This document shows positions 51,891 to 64,000 of a DNA stretch of 64,000 nucleotides, one piece after another (the stretch's first letter is position 1; every line of letters begins with the position of its first letter). The notes below the pieces were generated by a model. It saw nothing but the letters and a program-made list of their open reading frames with translations. It ran no database searches and was not told where the DNA came from. Both the position numbers and the translations under genes were made by a program. The stretch is from Camelus ferus (Eukaryota): the NCBI RefSeq assembly GCF_009834535.1, contig NC_045697.1, forward strand, positions 62,932,001 through 62,996,000, in the 5' to 3' direction.

Positions 51891-53827
51891 GCTTAAGAGT
51901 GACTTGAATATTGCCCATCCTTCTGTGAACTACTCCAAGTGCTAGCCACTGTCCTGAATCACATCTAGGCTCAATTTGAATATTGCCCTCCATGGGTTTT
52001 TCATGGACTGAAAATTTGTTCTTAACATGGAACCAAGTATCCTAAAACGTCTAAAAGTCTTCAAAAAATGAAAGGATTGGAGGAACTCTAGAAACTGTAG
52101 TATATATACCATGGGAATTAGGGGATCAGCAGAATTTAAGGAAGCAACAATATAGGCCGATACGAAGGATGGGGGTCAAAGGAGAGTCTGGTCTGTCACT
52201 TCCTCAAACAAGAATCCCAGCCATCCACACCACACTCATTCTCTAAGGCCTCTGGAATTGGAAATGTCCTCTCAGTTCCCACAGCCCAGATCCAAATTTT
52301 GAAATGCCTGCAAATTGGAGGCTGTGTAAGGCTGGCAGAATTCTTTAACTGAATAAACAAATGTTACTAGGTCCTGTATATATATATATTGGTTAATGAA
52401 ACATACGGTTTCTCTCCTCCCTGAAGCTTATCATTTAGTTCCCAATTGCAGTGTCCATATTATTCATGGTCCTTGGCCAGACTGGAACTTGGTAGATCTC
52501 TTTTCTCTGTCTTCTTATAGCCATATTAGTGACTTCTGAACTGCCATAAAAGCAAGTGTGCTTGTTTTCAGTTCTCCACACCCATACATATCACTACTCT
52601 GAATGTTCAGTGTGATTATAAGTGACTACATTGTTATAGAAAAACTCTTTTATTTACACATAAGGCATCCTGTCACTGGTGTGGTATTGACTTAATGGTC
52701 ACTTTTGCATGATGTTGGTGAGTTGTGTACCTGTCTATATCTTCCCTTACAGGACAGTTCAAGAATAGGTACCACAGTTTTTCTTTTGGTCAGAAATTCC
52801 CTGTATTTCAAGTGCAAGAACCATAGGAAATGGTTGTGTGGCCTTTTCGTGGGGGATATTTTACTTTATAATTCTGCCTTTCATGTTTTTGAAATATACA
52901 TACTATCTATTTTGTATGTCATGCTGTTTCTCTTTCCTGTTTTTATTTTTTTCTTCCACTTATTGCCAGCAGGAGTGTTTCAATTATGAAGCATAGATGG
53001 AAAAACTATATTAGTTATTTTTAACTCTTGGAGACCTAGTTATATAACTCAAAGAAATAATATGGATTAAAAATAGATGTAAAAGAAATAATTTTAAATG
53101 TGTTAAAAGATGAATAAAGCAAACATTTTCTGAAACCATCTTAAATAAACTCATAGTTCAGAAAACTAATAATTTCTTTGCTAAAGATTTAGAATTATAC
53201 CAGATAATGTGACTATCATTAATTTTATGGATTAGAAACCACTAGAGTCATTTTCTACTAAAACTAGAGATGAAACACTCCCTATAAAAACTAGGGTTTA
53301 GTCCATCTAAAAGAAAAGTTGCCTTAAAACTGTTTCGAGGGTTCCTATGATGTGTGTCACAATTTAGGTATTTTATAACATAACTGTTAGGAGAAAGAGG
53401 TGAATTTTAGCAATCATGTGAATCATTTGTGTTGTGTAAGCATAGCCCTAGGACTCCTCAACATTCGGTCAAGCCTAGGACCCCTTAGGGACCAAAAGTG
53501 ATGATTGCCTCCGATTTAGAGTGTGGTCGTGAAAAGATGGGGGCCTGCTGTGATTACATTTTTTTCTCAACAGAAGATAATGCAGTTTACACCCCCATCA
53601 AAACCAATTTAAGTGCCTGTACAAATATTACTGAATTAAATGTTTTTACTAGAATATTTGAAATTAGTCAAAACTTGGATCAATCTTGTTATATATGTAC
53701 ATATAAAAACATACATATGTATGTAGTAATGTAATTTTTTATAATGGGATCTGTCTTATAAAAATTTCTTCTAATAATATAGGTAGTTTTAGTTTTTTTT
53801 TTTTTTTTTTTTTTTGAGGGGCAGAGG

Positions 53828-54193
53828 TGAATCAGTCAGTGACCTCCCGAAAAACAGCCAGTTGTATTTGTATCCATGTGATCTATCTGCAAGAAGATTC
53901 ATTTTAAGGAACTAGCTCATGTGATTGTAGAGGCTGGCAAATCTGAAGTCCATAGGGCAGGCCAGCAGGCTGGAAACTTAGGTAGGATTCCTTCTTTTCC
54001 AAGAAATTTCAGTTTTGCTCTTAGGCCTTCCACTGATTCCATGAAACCCACTCACATTATTTAAATCAAATGATATAGACATTAATCATATCTACAAAAT
54101 ACTTTTCACAGCACCATCTAGACTAATGCTTGACCAAACAATTGGGCCTACAGATAAGCTAGCCAGAGTGTCACATACAATTTAACCATCGCA
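53828..54193 (-). mobile_element. ERVL solo LTR, MLT2 family
   Basis: TTTTAAGGAACTAGCTCATGTGATTGTAGAGGCTGGCAAATCTGAA...GTCACATACAATTTAACCATCGCA matches the reverse complement of the MLT2 start. GAGG flanks both ends. Confidence 0.85.
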
Positions 54194-55719
54194 GAGGCTG
54201 ACAGATAATAGGTTAACCAGCCTTTTCTTGTTTACATGATAAGTTTACTTATACATGTTTTTCCTTTGGTCAGAGACACTTTAGCATTGGTCATTTATTC
54301 CTATTTGTAGGCATGGGTCATTCATTTGTTCCTTACACATTTTGTAATCATTTATTAAGCATGCACTGTGTACAAGAGACAATGCTAGGCAATTGAATAA
54401 TTTTAAAAAGTGAATGACAGAGGCTAAATCAGATTCTAAGTGTGTTAATTCTAGTGGAAGAGCCACAAGTATAATAGATGACTGCATGATAAGTAAATAT
54501 GCAGAGCAGAAATGTGCATTTTTCAGTCCTGTCAATTTAATGTCATTTCCCCCATGAGCAATAAAAAAAATCATGTCAAAGGTTAATATGCCAAGTTACT
54601 ATGCTTATTAGTTTAAGGATGACTCATATGTAAAATTGGATTATGAAAGTATGCTTGCCCACTGCAGGTCAACCTCATTTAGACAATGTTGGCCATGCAT
54701 ACATTCATTTTAGCACATTAAAAGATTTGTATTTGTATTCAACCTATGCAAAGGTGATTCAATATATACTCAAATATATACTCAAACAGGTCTGACAAGT
54801 GGGCTGTCATGTTTTATTGATAATCTGATACTTTCTATAGTACAGAGCAATAAACATTTTCTTTACTGCATCCAAATGAGTGTTTTCTCATAGCAGTTTC
54901 TCCTTCTAAAAACTGTATTTTATTTCTATTTTATTATTCAATGAATATGAACTTGTCTGCCTGACTTTTGAGGCCCTCTGTAAACTCACCACACCTTGCT
55001 AGTTCAAACATAGATCTTCCACTTTGTTAAGGTCGTGTAACTTAGAGCACTCTCTCACGCACAGTATGTGCATTTCATGCTTTCTGTTTATGCAGATCTC
55101 TGCTGTCATTAATAGTCCTGACTCCATGAAACCTTCCATGACAACTTTAACCCGCCTGGGGAGTTTCCTTTGCTGCACTCTGAGTTGCAAGCAACACCTA
55201 GTTGGCACTAGACAATTAAGTACAGTCTGTTCTGGTACAATGCATTTGTACCAGAATTTGTAGTGTGAATTAGCTCCTACAAGACTGGTAAATAGGAGAA
55301 TTATGTTAGTAAAATGCAGAAGTTGGGTCATGTATGATTTTCACTCAGCATATTAATATTTAGCTTTACCAAGTAATTAGAGCTGCAAGCAAAGTATACT
55401 AAGGCAGGCAAATGCAAAATACAATAGAGGGATACCCTTTTAATCAATCTACTTTCTCCTTTTTTTTTTTTTTTAAAGGAAAAAGCTTATGTATATGTAT
55501 GTATATTTCCTGTATTACTTCTTTTTTGATAAGAAATTCTACATGTCCTTTTAGGCATACAGGGTAAAAATTATTTTGGTTTTATGTAAAACTTTTTGTT
55601 GTAAGGGCATAGATTTTGAGTGTTTCTGCAAAACCCTATTTTTGAGAGTTGTAAACTCATATTTATTGTCCAGTTTTTCAGAATGAAAGAACACATATTG
55701 CAACACCAGGAATTGAGGA

Positions 55720-56330
55720 CGTTTCGTTCAAATAATTCAATATTTATTGAACATCAACTCTGTGCTAATGTTGGGTATATGAAAAATGAACAAGATTTAC
55801 TTTTGAGTACACAGGAGACTAAGTCAAAATTGTGTGTGACGGTGGTTCTATTGCTTACTTGGATCAGTGGATCAGGAGGAAGAGAGACAATAAGAAGTAA
55901 CTGTGACCTTTGTGCATTTTCCTCTCTCTGCCTGGAATGCTCTCTTATTCAAGCTTTATTTAGCCATTTTCTTCCCAAGCTTTATCTCTCAACTCAAGCA
56001 TCATTTCTTTTTATTATTTTAGTCTCACACAGCACCATGTACCTTTCTTTTGTAAGACTTAAGGTAGCTGTTATTTTACAATTATTCATGAGATTATTTG
56101 GATAATACTTTTCTTTTTCTTAGACTGCTCCATGAGAACAGAGATTGTGTTTATTTATTCCCATCTTTGTATTCTTATTTTCTAGCAAGCTTGAAAACAT
56201 ACACAAACACGCACACATACATAGCAGGTATTAATATATACATATAAGAAGTGTAATACGTATTATATATAGAAGTAATTCATTCACTGAGTTTTATTTG
56301 CATGAATGGATAAATAGATAAATGAATTTT
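55720..56330. mobile_element. LINE-2 fragments (minus 3' end, then plus 3' end)
   Basis: TCAATATTTATTGAACATCAACTCTGTGCT, then CTCTGCCTGGAATGCTCT...TAGACTGCTCCATGAGAACAGAGA. Confidence 0.65.
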
Positions 56331-56624
56331 TCTTTCTTTTCTGTATTTTTTAACAACTGAACTTAGATATTCTTCCTAGAATGAGTCAGTTTTTTTTTCT
56401 ATATGTATCACTTTTATCACCACATTTCCTGTAAATCTATTGAAATTTGTGGCTTATGTATTTGTTTTATACACTTTTATTAAATCTATTGTGGAAAGAA
56501 AAATATTTTAGGCCCCAGAATTTCTTGTTTACATCTTCTAGAAATTGCAAAAAGTTTTAAACACACAAAGCCTAAAAGCTTAAAGAAGTAGAGAACACTA
56601 TTTTTATTACTTAATTTTTACTTA

Positions 56625-57290
56625 TTATTTGGGTAAGAAGGATGACTTGAAACCAGGCCCTAAAAGGAAAAATCTAAAATAAATAACTGACAAATTTGGA
56701 GGAAAATATTGATATTTTTATTAAAGTTAAGAATATTTGAACATCAAAATTGAACACCATAAATTGAGTGAACAAACAAATCAAAGGCAACACAATATTT
56801 ACAAGAAATATAACCCAGAATACTTAAGGAAAGCCCACAACACAACAATAGTATGACTAACTGCCTAACAGAAAAAAGTAGAGTGAAACATAAATACTGG
56901 CAGCTTATAAAAGAGGAAACTCACTGGAAAGTGTGAAAATATGCTCATCTTATTAATAATTAGGGAGATGGAAACTAAAACAGTGGACTGTCATTTCATA
57001 GCACTCATAATAATGAAAATTAAGGCTTGGCACTACTAGGTTTTGGTAGGAATGCAGAGTATTGCTAGTATGCATTTCTCATGAGATTGTACATCATTAT
57101 AAACATGTAAGTCATAACCACTTTCATAATATCTAGTAAAGTTGAAGATGTGAAGAGTCAATTATCAAGAAGTTCCATTCTTAAGTTTTACATTAAAGAT
57201 ATTCTTGCACTTACGCATCAGAATACATTTTTAAAAACCATTCAGTGCAGCATTTTTTAAAATCGTGAATGGAAAGAAACTATATTAGCT
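56625..57290 (+). mobile_element. Old LINE-1 (L1M/L1ME-like) ORF2 3' fragment
   Basis: A-rich degenerate L1 sense sequence, e.g. GAAAATATGCTCATCTTATTAATAATTAGGGAGATGGAAACTAAAACAGTGGACTGTCATTTCA. Confidence 0.7.
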
Positions 57291-60200
57291 GCTAAATTTA
57301 ATATACAGTAAAAAAAAAAAAAGTACTTGTTCATTTTACAGGAGAATAAACTGATGCTCAGAAAGCTGTGAACTAATTGTCCACAGTCACAGTTCTGAGC
57401 TGTTTCCCAGGTCCATGTTTGCTGTCAGTTTGCTGGCATCCTTAATACATGTGAGACAACTGCAGATTCTTTTCATATTGCATCCCCTAAACACTTCTTT
57501 GTGTACCCATTGCTTATAAGGCCCAGCATCCAAGCTCTAAGACAGAAACTAATTTTTTTTTTAGTGAAAGATAGAAACTACTTGTCAAGTTACTCCATCT
57601 ATTGCTTTTTCTTCTAAGACTTAACAGTTGGAATTTGTTTCTTAAAATTTCACTTGAGTATATCTCAGCTTTCCTGAACTTGCTGCCATACTTTTGCCTA
57701 GGTGATGATCACATTGTTGCCAGAGCAATTTTATTGCAGAAGGCCATCTCTACTATTTATTGGATTAACTGTAATTTCAAAGCTCATCAATGACATCTTT
57801 ACTGTTGCCCATTTAATATAACATGTAGGTGACTAGGTTATTTTAAGTGAGACATCATTAAGTCGAATGCATGTGGATCCCCATATACCTCTTGTAACAT
57901 TCATCCCACAACTATTAATAATGGCTTCGCTGCCACTGCCTTGGGAATGTTAGTTGAAGTTTTTGTGAATGTGGATTCTGACTTAATTGATGCACGTAGT
58001 GAAGCACTGAGTAAAATTGTTTAAGTAGTGATGGAAAAGAAGTGAAGTAGTAGAATGTGATTACAGCATATCTAGTCATTATTTCAGGCATGAAATGCCA
58101 ACTAGATTCTTAGGTGACAATGGCAACTTAGAGTGCTTAGAGAATGCAGTATGATCGCATAGGATTTTTATGCTTGCTATACACCACAATCACATGGAAC
58201 CAATTTCAGATATCCAGACTATTGTAATCACTAATATGCCTGTGGAAACATTTCATTTAAAGTATTTTATTTTAAGCCTTAGTTTCTCCTTTTTGATTTC
58301 AGATGTCCCATTTATTCATTTTGATCAGTTACATACTTTTTTGTATCATCCAATAATTAAACTATTATAATCTAACATTTTAAAAATCAACCAAAGGAAT
58401 CAACTGATCTAAATTAATTACTGCCTGAGTAATATTTCCGCAAAGTTTTAGGACCATTATTACATTTACTTTAGTGAATAAAATCTATTTTCTGGCTATA
58501 TACAAGTTTGATTTAAAAAAACTGTCTGGTGGCCAATAAGCTTCCATAGTATCAAGTAATATTATAAAATATTTAAAAAATTGCTTTGTAGATGACAATT
58601 GAAATGCTAATCCTGTTCTTTGTTACTTTCTACCTTTAAAATATTCTAATCTCATAGACCTGGATTAGATTTCAAATAAAAATCTGAGAGTAGAGCACCT
58701 TTCCAGTTTAACAAACAAAATACATCATTTTTTACGCATAGGGTCACCCCAACAAAGTCAATGTAGAATGCCAGATAATCAAAATCATGCTTAAATAATT
58801 AAAGAGTAACATTATTAAGTAAAACTAGGAAGGATAAAAGAAACAGTAATTGTAGTTCTGCCTGCCTTTTGTGTTATATGTTATTGCATTTAAAATAAAA
58901 GTCCATTCCTGTACCAATGTTCTCTTTAGTTTTATGCTCTGCACTTGTACTTGGATTCACATTGTCCATAGACTTGGGCTGCTGGTCTATATTTAGCATT
59001 TCAGGATCTATTGAACTAAAAGTGGTTTTGTTTTTCAAATTCACAATCTGTGGATATAGGAACTAGATAAACGTGTAGACAGTTAAAGGAATGTGATCTT
59101 TATGCAATCATTGTCTTAAAGATCATGTTACAGATGTTTCATTATTGTTTTGACTGTATTACTATATTTTCTATCTGCGAACTGTCTGATAATCAAACTT
59201 ACATATTTTTCCTTTGGAAATCTTTAACCCTGGAGCTAAAACAGCATCCTTTGGACATTTTTAACCCTAGCAATAAAATTTAGCATCGTCAATTATAAAC
59301 AATAAACACAAAAATAAAATAAAATTCTACAGATTATAAAAATTAAAAATAAGACCAGAGTTTTCATATTATGATGATCCATGAACTCATAGGCATTTCC
59401 TTAGGGTGCATTTTTTCTTGTGACATTGACAATATGAAAGAGGTGATAGACGTCCTGAAATAATTTGTGAAACACTATTATATAGCTTTGTAGTTGGCAT
59501 TTGCTGAAAGCTAATTGCTACGAGGTATCTAGAAAGTAACATTCTTACCTCTCCCAAGACTTAAACAGAAAACAAACTTTAAATGGAAAATATGTTTCAA
59601 ATGAAATATTCAACTGAAGTTCTGATGAGCAAGAATAAGAGAGATAAGTACTGCTCTTCTTTTGATATATAATTCTATAACCTCCTTTTTTACATTCCTG
59701 TATTTCTAGTCTTTTGAAAAGTGGGACCAAAGTTATACAGCACAGATGTAGAATTTTAATCTAGAGTGCAAGAATAGATCAGAGGAATATTTTAATATGT
59801 AAAGTGTCTTTAAATTTTTATCGAGTGTAAAATAATACCTTTCCCATATTATGCTTTTTCTCATGTTTAAATTTAATAAATGATAAGTGTATAATCTTTA
59901 GATCATTTTCCCCCCTCTTAAAATCATCTGTCCTACAGTACTTACTTCTTTTGATTTTGTCTGGAAAACCAGTTACCATCCTTTCTAAGTTTGGTCCAAC
60001 AGCTTGTATGTGGTTCAAGGAATAGACCACAAAAAAGAAGTGAGTTAAATAATAAAAGATAGAGGTGGAGGTAGATTAATTTAGTAGTAATTTTGCTAAC
60101 TTTTAACTGTTACTGAAATTGGCTAAGATTAGTGTAACTTTATATTAGCTAGTTTTGATGTGATCAGATGATGTTTATAGAATACCTTAATAGTTGATGA

Positions 60201-60619
60201 TTATTTATCCAAAGGATAATACATCTATTAGAACAGCATGCTTTTTAAAGTGAGTTACTGGAAGATGATCAGTTTTCCTTAACTTGAGGATGTGACACTA
60301 CTTTGGCCATACTCTGTGTATTTGACTCTTCTCAAATAGGCATCAATGCTACTATTAATCTCTGAAAAATCAGATTACTTCCCTTTTAAGACACTAAGAT
60401 ATCCTTGTAAAAGTCTTTAACATATAGGTAAATATTCATTTTCATGATCTCAATAATTTATGAAGTTAAACCATAGTGTTTCTTTTAATTGTCTTTAGGC
60501 TACTACTTGTATTTTGGTCATTTTATCTATTTATTTTCTTAGTTGCTTTATTTATTTACTCAATGATTTATTTACTTACTATTTTTATGTATTTTCAAGA
60601 CTATTTACAAACTTAGAAA

Positions 60620-60800
60620 CTTAACAGTTATTGAGTACCTTTTAAGTGCGAGGCACAGTGCTAAGTGCTCAATTTTCATGCTCTCATTTCTCATGGCAAC
60701 TCAAAGAGATAGGTTGTTTATAATTTCCATTTTTGTTTGTAAAAATTGAGGCGTATAAAAATTAATTTGTTAAGGATTAAACAGCTTGTATGTGGTGGAA
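60620..60800 (-). mobile_element. MIR SINE
   Basis: TTATTGAGTACCTT...AGGCACAGTGCTAAGTGCT...GAGATAGGT...AAATTGAGGC. Confidence 0.7.
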
Positions 60801-62204
60801 TAGCTTGTTATTTCTTCTCATCTTATGTAACTGCTTATTATATCAGATAAAGTATTACATTTAAAATTCTTTATAAATTAGAAGTTATTTCTGGCTTATT
60901 AAAATATGCATTTAGTACCTATAGGTATACAAGTAATGTTGGCAATGTTTAAGCACCTAAGAGGCTAATACAGATTGTTTTGAAAAAAATAATTTTCTTG
61001 AATACATGCTTCAAAACCATTAGTATTAGAAGAAATCAGTGTACTGGAAGCAAGAGGCTTAAAGTCCTAAAACTCCATGACAAAATTATTTCAGGTTTGA
61101 AAGTGAAGTGACTACATCAGCAAACACAAATATTTAAAATAATTTTCACATTTATATTGCAAAACAGAAATGCCATTCCATTGGATATACTAAAGTGACT
61201 TCATTCAAAGAAAAATAATACTACATGTGATTGTGAACTTGTGATGTGTAGATTAGAATGTGATTAATTTTGAGCAAGATAATTATTAGAAGATTGTTTC
61301 AAGAGTGAATTTTAGTAATTTAACTTTTTAAATTACAAGCACTGTTTGGGAGGTGAGGAAACTAATGGTCCTTCTTTTTTCCCTCAAATAATTATATGTG
61401 CATAAACAAAGAAATAGTATTTGTAAGTTCTCGTAGTTAGTAGATCACCTAGAGTGTCCATGGATTTACTTTGAAAAACTCAGTATTAGTTTCTTGAAAA
61501 TATTCAGTCAGAAAAAAAAAGAAATGTACAAATCTTTTGCAGTGTTAATGTACTTGAGTTGACAACATATTAAAAAAAAGTGCACAAAGGAATGCATATT
61601 CTATAAAAAATGTAGTTTTATAGTGCAGGGTTGGTACAGATATGCTCCTGGTCATGGAATGAAGGACTTTTTGATTAGAGAGAATCACAGAGGTAGGAAT
61701 CTATCTGCCTGCAGTAACCACTACAACCACAGCATCCCTCAGGAGAAGTTTTAGTCTATGAATTGCTTTCCCAGACTGTCTCATTTGAACCTCACTGGAC
61801 AGTTGTTTTAATTTTGGCTTTGCAATGGACACACCTGAGGATTGGAAATTAAATGTATTTCCTTTGACCTCTCTGTTAATTCGTGATTCTGGCTTTAGCA
61901 AACCAGTTTCTTCCTCTATCACGTTCTCTCATGCTGTCAACTGAGCCTCTAATCCAAACATATCTGTACATCTGTTTTCCTCTCATAGGGCACAGGAATA
62001 GGAGTACTGTCTTTTGATTTCTTGAGTCATGTTTCTGGTTGCTTTGTTTTACAAGTAGATCATGTGCTTAATAAAAGATGTGAGTAATGAAATATACTTT
62101 AGAATGTGAAAGGCATTTTGATTTTGTAAGAACTTTATGCTTCTTGTGGCATCTTGCGGCATCTATTTCAGAAATCCAATAATATTTATGATAGCAGATG
62201 ATAG

Positions 62205-62430
62205 TCAATACTGATAGCACTTTTAGTACTTACCAGCCACTGGTATGTATGTTACACATATTAACTCATTTAGTCCTTACAATAACCAGACAGATTGATG
62301 ATAATTTGCTTGTTTTACAGATGAGGACACTGAGGTCAGGTAAATAGGCCAACTTCACATAGAATGTAGAAGAGCAGGGGCCAATTCATGCGGTAGGGCC
62401 CGGAATCCATGCTCTTAACTTCTTCACTGT
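62205..62430 (-). mobile_element. MIR SINE
   Basis: ATTAACTCATTTAGTCCTTACAATAACC...TTTTACAGATGAGGACACTGAGG...TCCATGCTCTTAAC. Confidence 0.8.
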
Positions 62431-64000
62431 TCAGACATGGAGCCTAACTGTAGTTTTCTTCGTAAACATTTTCATATTTTGTCTTGTAAATGCAAGCCAT
62501 TTGTGGCCCTTTCAAAAGTAATGGTGAAATTGTTTACTACTTTTTCTTTGGTAATTAAAGAATGCAGTTGACTCCAATGTATGTTTGAGGTAGTGCTATT
62601 AACCCAGCATCGGCTGGGAAATGACAAGTAAATGTCTGCTGTACCTTCTATTCAGGCCCAGCAATGAGTGATTCTTAAACATGTGCTCATCTTTGGGAGA
62701 GAGAAGGAACTAACTGAATTAGAAATGAACTAATGAATAATTTTGTATTCTATATGACAGTCTTGGAAAAATGTTCATAGTAAACTAAACCATGAAACTT
62801 TAGATAATTTTTTCAAAATCATAAACAAAAATTTTATTACAAATCTATTGATCTTGAAATTATTTTGAACTTTGTTTAAAACACTTAGTGATGTAGAAAA
62901 AAAGAAACATTCAATGAAGGGGAAAATATTTTTCATATTTGATTTGTCTGTGTTATTAAAATGAATTACTGTGTTTTTCAGTGTAATATCAGAAACTTTA
63001 TAGATAGGACAACACTGTATGAAAGTCTGAAGTCATCAGTGTTTAAGCTGACTTTCTGAGCTGTGTTCCAATTTTTCAAAGGACTAAAAATCAATATTAA
63101 TTTTTATTTTAAATTTATTTTTCTGTCCTTTTTGAATAGGTAGCCCATAGTAATGTTACTTTCAGGTGTGGAAAAATGTGAAGTTTCACACATTTCTAGT
63201 AAATTATTGCTTATTGGTGGGGACACATGTTTTCAGTCCTGCCTATTGCCACTTTAAATGAAAGAGATTCATGATCCATGACCAATTATGTATATGTAGA
63301 AATTCACCTTTTTTTAAAAAAAGATTACTGTCTTGTGAAGTGTTCTGAATGTAAAAACATTTATTTGTACTTGTAACTTACTCATCTTCTTCATCCTGTC
63401 AATGTTCTAAATGTAATCAGCAGTGTGTTGTTAAAACCAATTCTGACCATCATGATCTTTTCATGTATAGGACACTGTATTAAAAAGAAAGGGCAATCTC
63501 TTAAAAAGTAAGCCAGGTTTACTCGAGCTAAGTATCTTTATAGAAAACACATGTGATGTAGTGTGTAGGTTTAGTATTTATGTATAGATGGCTTTAATAA
63601 CTTGTCTATTTAAGGATCTAAATAGTTTTTAGTTCAGTAAACATATACATAGCCAATATTTCTTATCATTTTGGTATTATTTTATTGTTTTATGGTTAGA
63701 GTTTATTTAAAATATCATCATTAAAGTCTTATTGAATGGATAAGCATTCATTTTTTCCCCCTCCTCACAAAAGTAAAGCATTTGATTTAATAAAATGTTC
63801 CACAGCCATGCTCTGGGTTGACAAAGACTTGCTCGGTTGATTAGCATGAATGAGAATATGAAAGATTTAAAGCAAAGCTGTCAAAGCAATTAGAACTAAA
63901 GTCCTCCTATCGCTGAATAATGGAAACCGTGCCTGGAACACTTTCAAATGTATCTAAGGAAATTGTACTTATGCAAAACGAAATGATAGTGAATAAAAGA

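Larger units (their letters stand above)
42389..64000 (+). other. CCSER1: Start of long first intron (no coding exon seen to the window end)
   Basis: Follows the donor site and is AT-rich and repeat-laden. No ORF resembling the CCSER1 N-terminus as I recall it (MGDSGSRR...) is present. Confidence 0.6.

Noticed and set aside
53790..53827. Poly-T plus GAGGGGCAGAGG as a truncated SINE tail
   Set aside because: No SINE body or TSD is visible. The GAGG is better explained as the flank of the adjacent MLT2 LTR.
55620..56105. 161-aa plus-strand ORF
   Set aside because: It uses a non-ATG start, overlaps L2 fragments, and shows no recognisable protein features or exon boundaries.
1..64000. CRISPR arrays, operons or other prokaryotic systems
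   Set aside because: The sequence is mammalian. There is no regularly spaced repeat-spacer array and no gene-dense coding structure.

Overview
Eukaryotic, AT-rich mammalian genomic DNA, most likely a camelid, based on a vic-1-type tRNA-derived SINE. I find no protein-coding exon. About 1-41700 is intergenic and filled with old repeats: L1MB, L2, MIR, MER5A, MaLR/ERVL/ERV1 LTRs, and a decayed ERV-L pro-pol remnant joined to an LTR33-like LTR. A CpG island at about 41740-43160 contains a TATA box, an Inr and a non-coding first exon on the + strand (about 41955-42388). From memory, not verified by a search, this exon matches exon 1 of CCSER1/FAM190A; the rest of the window would be the start of its very long first intron. 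The most notable observations are a single 24-codon uORF in exon 1, a tight cluster of non-B-DNA-prone motifs (G4, Z-DNA, pure pyrimidine tract) just inside intron 1, a near-perfect 115-bp tandem duplication, and an unexplained ~415-bp segment flanked by 25-bp direct repeats and a T-tract. I see no convincing novel multi-gene system. Repeat family names come from recognition by eye and boundaries are approximate unless stated.
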